Shown here: positions 17,429-25,054 of the stretch, in pieces
Position numbering within the stretch: the stretch's first letter is position 1
How the letters are laid out: each line of letters opens with the position of its first letter
Assembly (NCBI GenBank): GCA_041178085.1
Contig: JBEGVZ010000053.1
Span: 1 to 33,106 of the forward strand
Direction: 5' to 3'
Length of the DNA stretch: 33,106 nucleotides
Origin: Pseudomonadota bacterium
GTDB lineage: Bacteria > Bdellovibrionota_B > Oligoflexia > Oligoflexales > RGVZ01
The notes under the pieces: generated by a model
Seen by the model: only the letters and a program-made list of their open reading frames with translations
Told to the model about the DNA's origin: nothing
The model's database searches: none
Program-made: the position numbers and the translations under genes

Positions 17429-18684
17429 TCGTTGAGCGCCCTGCCTTTGACGCGTTTCAGGTCATCGGATGTTGGTTTTTCGTCCTTGCTAAAGTACCCG
17501 GCTGCTACCTTGGCTTCCATTTCGACTTTTGCGTCTGCCGGGATCAAATCGTCGGGGATGCTGACCCTCTCGACGATCTTGATTCCAGTCTTCACGATTG
17601 CATCGTGCTTCATGTTTGACATCGAAACAAACTTGTCGATCTTGGTGATGCCAAGCCAGTGCAGCACGTCCGGCATGAGATCCTGGAAGCGCATGTCCTG
17701 CACACCGGCGACACACTCGGTACGCGCAAAGTATTGGTCGGCGCGGTCGCCGCCCTCCTGCCGCTTGCGCGCGTTATAGACCAGGAACTTGGTGACCTCG
17801 CCAAGTGCTCGACCTTCCTTGCGGTAGTATACAATCAAGCCTGCGCCGCCTTTTTGTGCGGTCTCGATGCATACTTCGATTCCGTGTGTCAGGTAGGGGC
17901 GGCAAGTGCAGATGTCCGAACCGAACACGTCTGATCCGTTGCACTCATCGTGGACGCGCACCGCCAGCGGAACGCGCGGATCCTGTATGGTCGAAACGTC
18001 ACCAAAGAAATAGACCGTCATCCCGCCGATGGGTGGCAGGAACACTTCCAGATCGGGGCGGGTGACCAGCTCTGGAAACATACCGGCCGTGTTCTCAAAC
18101 AACACGCGGCGAAGTTCTGATTCTTCAACGCCGAAACGCTTTGCGACACCCGGAAGATGCCATACAGGCTCGACAGCAGCCTTGGTAACGACGACATCCC
18201 CGTTTTCGAGGAGCAACTGGCCGTCGGCTTTCAAACGCCCGGATTCCATCGCTTCTTTGATTTCAGGCATGTTGATGTGTGCCTTGGTCACGGCGATCGT
18301 TGGACGGATGTCGTATCCCTTGCCCAGGTATTCCTTGAACACGTCAGCCACAATGGCACCAAACGGATCGATCGAAACGATCTTTTCGGGATCGAACCAT
18401 GATGCGTAGGGCCCGATCTTTTCAGCCGGTGCCGTGTTGGTCAGGTCGGGCTTGTGATCTGGCTTCAGTGCGCCGCTGGCCACGGCAAGGGCCCGGTAAA
18501 CCGAGTAGGACCCTGAGTGGGTGCCGATCACATTCCGGTTGCCCGGGTCTGTAACGGTACCCACGACAGGTCCGCGTTTCATCGGATCTTTTTCGCCCCA
18601 TTTGATCGGCAAGCTGCCAGGGCCTGGCAGTCCCGGATGGGATGTCAGGGTGATGTGCTTGACGCGTTTTTTTTCTACTGACAT
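17425..18684 (-). CDS. URC1/Urg1-type GTP cyclohydrolase II-like protein (N-terminal extension plus GCHII domain)
   Basis: RNVIGTHSGSYSVYRALAVA N-terminal domain, RVHDECNGSDVFGSDICTC (three Zn-ligand Cys), KEGRALGEVTK, QDMRFQ. Confidence 0.92.
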   Translation of the reverse strand: MSVEKKRVKHITLTSHPGLPGPGSLPIKWGEKDPMKRGPVVGTVTDPGNRNVIGTHSGSYSVYRALAVASGALKPDHKPDLTNTAPAEKIGPYASWFDPEKIVSIDPFGAIVADVFKEYLGKGYDIRPTIAVTKAHINMPEIKEAMESGRLKADGQLLLENGDVVVTKAAVEPVWHLPGVAKRFGVEESELRRVLFENTAGMFPELVTRPDLEVFLPPIGGMTVYFFGDVSTIQDPRVPLAVRVHDECNGSDVFGSDICTCRPYLTHGIEVCIETAQKGGAGLIVYYRKEGRALGEVTKFLVYNARKRQEGGDRADQYFARTECVAGVQDMRFQDLMPDVLHWLGITKIDKFVSMSNMKHDAIVKTGIKIVERVSIPDDLIPADAKVEMEAKVAAGYFSKDEKPTSDDLKRVKGRALNE

Positions 18685-18697
18685 CGGAATCCCCTTT

Positions 18698-20197
18698 TTA
18701 CGACATCCATGAAGCGTCGCTTTGAAGCGACCACTTGGTTGTCACTTTTTTCAAATTGCTCCAGAAATCGAGCGAGCTTTCGCCCGTAATATCGCTGTGC
18801 CCGTATTTGCTTGCTTTGGTCCCGCCAAATGAGAACGGCTCCCGCGGAACCGGAACGCCGATATTGACGCCGATCATGCCGCTGGTCGCCTGGTCGGCGA
18901 CGTGACGGGCGACGGCCCCAGAGGTAGTGAACACCGACGTGGCGTTGCCGTATGGGTTGTTGGCTTCGAAGGCAAGGGCTTCCGCCAGGGTCTTGACGCG
19001 AACGATCGTCAGCACCGGACCAAAAATTTCCTCGCGCGCGCAAGCCATGTCGGGATTGGCGTGGTCAATGACCGTCGGCCCGAACCAGTTGCCTGCTTCA
19101 TGACCGTGCGGAGCTTTTACCTTACGCCCATCGACAATGATTTTCGCGCCACTTTTTTCAGCTTCGTCGACATGACGCCGAATGCGTTCAAGAGCCGCCT
19201 TGTCGATGATGGCGCCCATGGAAGATCCTGCTTCGGCACCGTACGGTAGTTCTGCCGCTGCTTTGCGGATTTTTTCGATCAAGTGATCGACGTTTCCGAC
19301 GGCCACCATGACGGCCGCCGCCATACAGCGCTGCCCCGCGCATCCCGTGAAGCTGTCGAGTACGCCGCGCACGGTGATCGCCTCGTCAGCGTCTGGTACG
19401 ACGATCAGGTGGTTTTTTGCACCACCCAGGCAAAGGGCGCGTTTACCCAGACTTGTGGCGCGCCTGTAAACATCAAGGGCGACAGGACTGGATCCCACAA
19501 ACCCAACGGCCTTGACATCGGGATGGTCAATCAAGGCCTCGACCGCATCACGGGTGCCATTGAGCAGTGAAAAAACACCGGGCGGAAATCCTGCTTCTCG
19601 CGTGAGAGCCGCAATCCGTTGAGAAGTGAGTGGTACTTTTTCGGATGGTTTGAGCACGAAGCAATTACCGAGCGCGATCGCGATCGGGTACATCCACATC
19701 GGGACCATGGCCGGAAAGTTGAAGGGAACGATGCCCGCGACGACGCCAAGGGGTTCGCGGCGCAGTTCGCAGGAGACTCCGCGTGAAACATCCATGATCC
19801 CGCCGCTGTCTGAGTTTTGCAGGGACAGTGCAAACTCGGTGACTTCGACTCCCTTGAGCACTTCTGCCCGGGCTTCGCTCAACGTCTTGCCCGATTCAGC
19901 GGCCGCCAGGTGAGCAAGCTCGTCGAGGTTGGCCAGGACCAGTTCGCGGAATTTGAAAAGAAGCTGAGCCCGCTCCTTGGCTGGGGTTGCCCGCCATGCC
20001 GGGAAAGCCTTTTTTGCAGCAGCCACGGCTTTTTCCACGTCGTTTTTGTTGCCAAGAGCCACTTGACCGATGACGGCTGCATTGTACGGGCTCTTGACGT
20101 CAAGGTACTTGCCTGATGAAGGCGGGCACATTTCACCACCGATCCAGTGGTCGGACTGGAGCGGTCTTTGCGGAATTTTCACAAAACTTGCGGACAC
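18698..20197 (-). CDS. mmsA: CoA-acylating methylmalonate/malonate-semialdehyde dehydrogenase
   Basis: PFNFPAMVPMW, KPSEKVP, FVGSS, GAKNH, AGQRCMA, EEIFGP, GVNIGVPVP. AGGTG RBS before GTG. Confidence 0.93.
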   Translation of the reverse strand: MSASFVKIPQRPLQSDHWIGGEMCPPSSGKYLDVKSPYNAAVIGQVALGNKNDVEKAVAAAKKAFPAWRATPAKERAQLLFKFRELVLANLDELAHLAAAESGKTLSEARAEVLKGVEVTEFALSLQNSDSGGIMDVSRGVSCELRREPLGVVAGIVPFNFPAMVPMWMYPIAIALGNCFVLKPSEKVPLTSQRIAALTREAGFPPGVFSLLNGTRDAVEALIDHPDVKAVGFVGSSPVALDVYRRATSLGKRALCLGGAKNHLIVVPDADEAITVRGVLDSFTGCAGQRCMAAAVMVAVGNVDHLIEKIRKAAAELPYGAEAGSSMGAIIDKAALERIRRHVDEAEKSGAKIIVDGRKVKAPHGHEAGNWFGPTVIDHANPDMACAREEIFGPVLTIVRVKTLAEALAFEANNPYGNATSVFTTSGAVARHVADQATSGMIGVNIGVPVPREPFSFGGTKASKYGHSDITGESSLDFWSNLKKVTTKWSLQSDASWMS

Positions 20198-20242
20198 TTG
20201 CGGATCACCTGCGTTTGGTCAGTTTAACTTCCGGGTCGCGAA

Positions 20243-20301
20243 TTTCATGAAACAGGGGATGTCGGCAGTTCACTGCCCTGATCCTCGGGATTTCATGAAA
20301 T
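20243..20301. promoter_or_regulatory. Twin TTTCATGAAA palindromes (operator pair or structured leader)
   Basis: TTTCATGAAA at 20243-20252 and ATTTCATGAAAT at 20290-20301, with a GGCAG-TTCA-CTGCC hairpin between them. Confidence 0.6.
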
Positions 20302-20309
20302 ATCCCCGG

Positions 20310-20337
20310 AGCTTACCACAGGCTTTGGGGCTGTCCA
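20310..20337 (-). promoter_or_regulatory. Candidate sigma70 promoter of the mmsA-URC operon
   Basis: TGGACA, 16-nt spacer ending TGg, then TAAGCT on the minus strand. Confidence 0.45.
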
Positions 20338-20360
20338 TTCAGAAAGGAGCGTGTTTCGAG

Positions 20361-20380
20361 GCCCTGCCGGAGGGCAGAGC
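20361..20380 (-). other. GC-rich hairpin downstream of the large lipoprotein gene
   Basis: GCTCTGCC-CTCC-GGCAGGGC (minus strand). No clear U-tract. Confidence 0.3.
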
Positions 20381-20417
20381 CTTCGGGTGTTTGCCGGCGT
20401 TGCTGGATACTTAGTGT

Positions 20418-22925
20418 CTAAGGGGATTCAGCTTGGCAGTTATTTACAGGTCCGCCAGTCGATGTAGCTCCCGTTGATGATGTCGCGGTTTGACAAGGTC
20501 CCGTGCCCGTCGTTGTTGTCTCCGTGCCGGTCGAGCTGGAGGACATTTCACCGGTCGAGGATGTGTCCGTGGTTCCGCCGTCGCCGCTGGTGGTTTCACC
20601 GCCCGATGTGCTTGAAGTGGTGGTTGCGGGATCGGGTGTTGACTGTGGATCGGTACAATAGGTTGAAGTCGTTTCGAAGGATCCGGATGACAATGGGCAC
20701 GAGACCGTACTTTGGGTGCAAGATTGTCCGTTTTGGGTGAATGAGCTGGAGTTACTCTCACTGCAGCTAGCGGGAGGCTCTTGCCAGGATGGTCCGCAGG
20801 CGGAGCCACTGGGAAGGCATGCTATCGAACCTTGGTAGAGTGTGCAGGAAGTGGTGTCCTGTGGGCAGGGAGGACCACCAAACGTGCAGACTGCTGCACA
20901 GACGGGTGCAGATTGTGTGGCAGCGCATGAATCATGGACACCCCCGCAAACCGCCTGTCCGTTATCAGTAAAGTACCAGTAGTTTGTGAACACGGACACG
21001 CAGCCCTGGTTTGTTCCGGTCGTTGGCTCCGTTCCGCCTGTTGGGTCCGTTCCGCCTGTTGGGTCCGTTCCACCGCTGCTTGGTGTGCCGCCTCCGGACG
21101 CACCTTGACTTGTCGATCCGTCGCAATTCGTCACCACCGTGCCGCCATTGGAGGTGCAAATGCAGGAATTCTGCTCTTCGCCGCAAGTTAATCCGTCATC
21201 AGACAGGCATAGAACAGGGGCGATCACGGTCGGGCAGTAGGTTCCGCCAGACGCTGATGTGTTCGAATCATCGCCAGCAGTGGTGCCGGAAGTGGTGCCG
21301 GAAGTGGTGCCGGAAGTGGTGCCGGAAGTGGTGCCGGAAGTGGTGCCGGAAGTGGTGCCGGAAGTGGTGCCGGAAGTCGTACCGGAAGTCGTGCCGGAAG
21401 TCGTACCGGAAGTCGTGCCGGAAGTCGTGCCGGAAGTCGTGCCGGAAGTGGTGCCGGAAGACGTGCCGGAAGACGTGCCGGAAGTGGTGCCGGAAGTGGT
21501 GCCGGAAGTGGTGCCGGAAGACGTGCCGGAAGACGTGCCGGAAGACGAAGTGTCCGTCACCTGCTGAATATAAAATCTCGTTTGTGCCGAGTGCGCGCTG
21601 CCATTTCCAGCGCTATCAATTGCGCGTGCAGTGATTACGTGGGTTCCGATCGACCATGTCCGATTGATAGACCACTCTCCCGTCGAAGTTGCCGTTGTCT
21701 GGTCAATCCAGTTTCCTTGCTCGTATAGAAGAATTGTGACCGCAGCTTCAGCCACGGTGCCTCTCACTTCGACTTGCTGCGTCGTGAAGGTTGATTCGGT
21801 TACCGGAAACGTGATCACAGGCACGGGGGGCGCGATACCATCGATATCGAAATTCAAATCGTTACTGCCGCTGGGGGCGTTCGTATCTGCAGGGATCGTG
21901 GAGCCAGAGCGGACAAGTCCGCCGCCTTCATCCAAAGGGTCCGATGGGTTGTAACTGATCAGTGTCGCTTGTGACCCCGTGGGGACCGTGTATTCAAAAG
22001 TCAGCAACTTCGTACCGCTTCCCGATTTGTAGGTCGCATAAACGGGTGTCTGGGATGGGCCCAGAAGTAATTTGATTCGGGGAGCAGGGTTGGAAATGCT
22101 GACCGCGCCCGAAAACAGTGCGCCGATCTCGACCTTCGAGCCAGAGCTGTAAACGCCACTTGAAAAGGGGTAGATCTTCATCAGGCGGGATGCGACCGTG
22201 ATTTGCGAATTCCATCCGAGTTGAACGTAAGGCAGAGGCTGCATGTTGCCTGCAGCGTCTGCAACCGTGACGCACAAAGTTAATTCACCGTTTGGATATT
22301 GGGCCAGATCGTCATCGATCCGCTGATCGATGGGACGGGCCGGACCATAGTGCGTCATGTCGCTACAGTTTGTGGTCTGGGTCGGTCCAAGGGCGATACG
22401 GTAATTAACGGCACCATCCTCGGATGAGAGTCCCAGATCCAGTGCGGTATTCGATGACACGCCTGTCACCAGAGACCCCACAAAAGCTGCCGTGGGCGGA
22501 ACCGTGTCTTTGATCCATGTCAGCATGACAACGGATCCAAAGTCGCCGGAATCGCTCTCAGAGAAAAAGGGGAGGACACAAAGAAACATTCTTCCATCTG
22601 GAAACTTCGATACGTCCATGGCAATCGATCCACCGGGCGATACCTTTTCGCTCCAGCCAGCGTCGATCGTACATTCGCCCTTGTCGCGTGTGACTTTCCA
22701 GCGCATGGCAGATACGGAATCCGCCGCCAGCAGCCTGATCGCAAAAGACGTCTCGCGACTGACGTCTTCCGGAGCGCCAGTTGCGGAGATCAGGGTGGAA
22801 GAGGTCGTCTGCTCTTTGTTCATTGCAGCGCGGAGGTTGTTGATGGCGTCGCCGCAAGCCGTAAGCATTCCGGCCGCCAACGTGGCAGCAATCAGGTTGC
22901 CCAAGGTTTTGAGGCGAAGGCTCAA
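20418..22925 (-). CDS. Large surface lipoprotein: Ig-like domains, Ser/Gly/Thr stalk, Cys-rich C-terminus
   Basis: GAGGAGG RBS plus TTG, lipobox LTA-C, bacterial Ig-like signatures (DTVPP, DAAGN, DGIAPPVPVIT, ARAIDSAGN), (SGTT)n, and many Cys. Confidence 0.85.
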   Translation of the reverse strand: MSLRLKTLGNLIAATLAAGMLTACGDAINNLRAAMNKEQTTSSTLISATGAPEDVSRETSFAIRLLAADSVSAMRWKVTRDKGECTIDAGWSEKVSPGGSIAMDVSKFPDGRMFLCVLPFFSESDSGDFGSVVMLTWIKDTVPPTAAFVGSLVTGVSSNTALDLGLSSEDGAVNYRIALGPTQTTNCSDMTHYGPARPIDQRIDDDLAQYPNGELTLCVTVADAAGNMQPLPYVQLGWNSQITVASRLMKIYPFSSGVYSSGSKVEIGALFSGAVSISNPAPRIKLLLGPSQTPVYATYKSGSGTKLLTFEYTVPTGSQATLISYNPSDPLDEGGGLVRSGSTIPADTNAPSGSNDLNFDIDGIAPPVPVITFPVTESTFTTQQVEVRGTVAEAAVTILLYEQGNWIDQTTATSTGEWSINRTWSIGTHVITARAIDSAGNGSAHSAQTRFYIQQVTDTSSSGTSSGTSSGTTSGTTSGTTSGTSSGTSSGTTSGTTSGTTSGTTSGTTSGTTSGTTSGTTSGTTSGTTSGTTSGTTSGTTSGTTSGTTAGDDSNTSASGGTYCPTVIAPVLCLSDDGLTCGEEQNSCICTSNGGTVVTNCDGSTSQGASGGGTPSSGGTDPTGGTDPTGGTEPTTGTNQGCVSVFTNYWYFTDNGQAVCGGVHDSCAATQSAPVCAAVCTFGGPPCPQDTTSCTLYQGSIACLPSGSACGPSWQEPPASCSESNSSSFTQNGQSCTQSTVSCPLSSGSFETTSTYCTDPQSTPDPATTTSSTSGGETTSGDGGTTDTSSTGEMSSSSTGTETTTTGTGPCQTATSSTGATSTGGPVNNCQAESP
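21022..21075. repeat. 18-bp coding tandem repeat, 3 copies (GGTDPT)
   Basis: GTTGG(G/C)TCCGTTCCGCCT, three copies. Confidence 0.85.
21280..21543. repeat. 12-bp coding tandem repeat, 22 copies (SGTT/SGTS)
   Basis: GTGGTGCCGGAA consensus with GTC/GAC/GTA variants. 264 bp, in frame. Confidence 0.95.
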
Positions 22926-23201
22926 GTGAATACTCCTCCTCTAAAGATTCTCGGCACTTGAGCTAAAATAGTGAGTTTTTTAAACGGTTTTTTTTTGAGA
23001 TTTTATACTTAAAAAGAAGAGTGCGGACGGGGTGTTGGTGATGGTGTGTCAATTCATTGGACAGCTCGCCGGGAGGACTTTCGGGCAACGGGCAAGTTCC
23101 AGTAAATTGATAGACTTTGCCAAACAGGGAACTGCGGAATAAACTCAGTCGCTTTCGGGCAAGTTTGTAAACGTTAGCCGCGGCTGTTCGCGCCAAGGGG
23201 C

Positions 23202-23831
23202 ATGTTCATGCAAAAACCGCTTCTGGTCGCCGTAACCGGGGGATCTGGTTCAGGCAAGTCGACCATCGTCCGCGAAGTCTGCGCCAAAAGCCCCGACCTC
23301 GATGTCTTGGTCGTTCAACAGGATCACTACTACCGCGATCTTTCGCATCTTCAGCCCGCGGATCGTGACGCGGTAAATTTTGACCATCCAGAATCGCTGG
23401 ACATGGCCTTGATCCGCGTTCACTTGGAGAGTCTTGCCGCTGGGCGTAGCGTGGATCGGCCAAGCTATGATTTCGCCTCGCACACGCGGACCAAGGATGT
23501 CGTTCGTCTGACGCCAAAGCCAGTGGTGATGTTTGATGGAATCCTCGCCTTACACGACCCTGCCATCCGACGCCTTTTTGACATCAGCGTCTTCGTCGAT
23601 GTTCCGGACGACGTGCGTTTCATCCGGCGCTTGCGTCGGGATGTCCGGGAACGAGGGCGCAGCGTCGATGGAGTGATCGATCAGTACCTGGCCAGCGTGA
23701 AGCCGATGCACGACGAATTTGTTGCTCCCACCCGGCGCATGGCTGACCTGGTGATCTCGTGGGAGCGATGGAACGATCGCAGCATTGCCATGCTGTCCAA
23801 TGCCATGCGCGAGTTGTTGCACGGCACCTGA
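23202..23831 (+). CDS. udk: Uridine kinase
   Basis: P-loop GGSGSGKST, QDHYY, NFDHP, YDF..H.R, RFIRRLRRDV.ERGR. Confidence 0.93.
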   Translation: MFMQKPLLVAVTGGSGSGKSTIVREVCAKSPDLDVLVVQQDHYYRDLSHLQPADRDAVNFDHPESLDMALIRVHLESLAAGRSVDRPSYDFASHTRTKDVVRLTPKPVVMFDGILALHDPAIRRLFDISVFVDVPDDVRFIRRLRRDVRERGRSVDGVIDQYLASVKPMHDEFVAPTRRMADLVISWERWNDRSIAMLSNAMRELLHGT

Positions 23832-23838
23832 AGCCAGG

Positions 23839-24903
23839 TCAGTTCGACCCGGCGTTGGCTGGGCGGCTAGATTGCCCGTAGGTCCATTTAGAAAGAACTT
23901 CCATTTTAATCGGGCCGCGAGGATTGTGGTCCCGCCCGCACGCAATCCCGATCACTTGCTCGCCGCTGCTGGAAATCTGGCGCGAGATCGCATCACTCGC
24001 CGACCGGCAGTCGTCGAGGCTGCTGTAGGCCCCAGGAATCGACGTGGTTTTGATCGCAAGGTCAGCGCCGATTGCGCGGTCCCACCACAGCAGGTTCATT
24101 TGGAAGCCCACCGAAGGGTGAGCAGCAGAGCATGCCGTAACACCGAGCCAATCAGCGGTCCTGGTCCGGTCGAATGCCGCGCGGGCTGCCTCGCATTCCT
24201 CCAGTGTCGGCAAGTAAACGCTCGATTTTCCATGCAGATAAAAACGATTGGTCCGGTCGCCTTTTTGATAGTGAGTCACGGCCAGGCTCCTCATGGAGCG
24301 GACTGGTCCGTGATACCAGGCAAAAGGGCCGATGCCGAGTTCTCTAGCCTGCTCGTGCAACACGGCAACGGGAGGGTTGGGGTCAACCAAGGAGTGACTC
24401 AGGAACGCAGCGCTCTCGTACCGGAATACGTCTGAAAATCCGACGGCGTCGATCCGAGTCCGGTAACGCGGCGCACCAATGGACGATGTCTTGTGGCAGA
24501 AGGCAAGAAACGGCGTCAGGCCGGTCAGATCCTTGACTAACGCCACTTCTCGGCCAAGGGCCTCCTCGCACTGCTGGCGTGTGTAGTAGAAATCGAGTTG
24601 CTCGCCATAAGTCGTACTGGTCGTCGACCAGACATTGGCCGACTTAGGGGCGGAGTAAGCGATCTCGCCCTTGATTGAATCCATTGGCGAGTCCACTTCA
24701 CATGCGGCGCTGATGACGCTGACGCCGGCGTCTTGCTGAAACTGTGCAGCGACTTGCTGGATGTAGGCATTGCATCCCTCGACTCCCTGGTCGATGTCCA
24801 TCGACGCGACTCGCAACGTGTAAATTCCGCCCAGCGCAGCGGGAGCGCCGCAAAGAGTCGCAAACACAAGGGTGGCGAGTGAGGTTGTTCTTGGGTTGTT
24901 CAT
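23839..24903 (-). CDS. Secreted hypothetical protein with repeated Cys-pair modules
   Basis: Signal peptide and four C-x(17-23)-C modules. Confidence 0.7.
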   Translation of the reverse strand: MNNPRTTSLATLVFATLCGAPAALGGIYTLRVASMDIDQGVEGCNAYIQQVAAQFQQDAGVSVISAACEVDSPMDSIKGEIAYSAPKSANVWSTTSTTYGEQLDFYYTRQQCEEALGREVALVKDLTGLTPFLAFCHKTSSIGAPRYRTRIDAVGFSDVFRYESAAFLSHSLVDPNPPVAVLHEQARELGIGPFAWYHGPVRSMRSLAVTHYQKGDRTNRFYLHGKSSVYLPTLEECEAARAAFDRTRTADWLGVTACSAAHPSVGFQMNLLWWDRAIGADLAIKTTSIPGAYSSLDDCRSASDAISRQISSSGEQVIGIACGRDHNPRGPIKMEVLSKWTYGQSSRPANAGSN

Positions 24904-25054
24904 GTTCACCAACTTTTCTTCTAAATGAAGTTCAGAACGACGGTTTCATGGGACGCTCAGGGTTTTAGCAAAGGGTCCGGTCGTCGAAAAATAGATTAAA
25001 AAACGTCTTTGTATTGTTTCTGGCAATGTCAATGAAAAGCGTTCTCGCTTCGCC

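Noticed and set aside
17425..18684. Annotation as riboflavin ribA
   Set aside because: The URC1-type N-terminal domain and the URC4/upp context argue against it, and there are no rib genes nearby.
21259..21567. Plus-strand (VVPE)n and (CRKW)n ORFs, or a CRISPR-like array
   Set aside because: These are antisense shadows of the SGTT repeat. The 12-bp units have no unique spacers and there are no cas genes.
22945..22975. Sigma28-like GCCGAGAA upstream of the large lipoprotein gene
   Set aside because: No TAAA element at the expected 15-nt spacing, so too weak to call.
15485..23831. Urea-degrading step (URC3,5 urea amidolyase or urease) and a URC2-like regulator
   Set aside because: Not present in this window. 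I cannot say whether they are encoded elsewhere.
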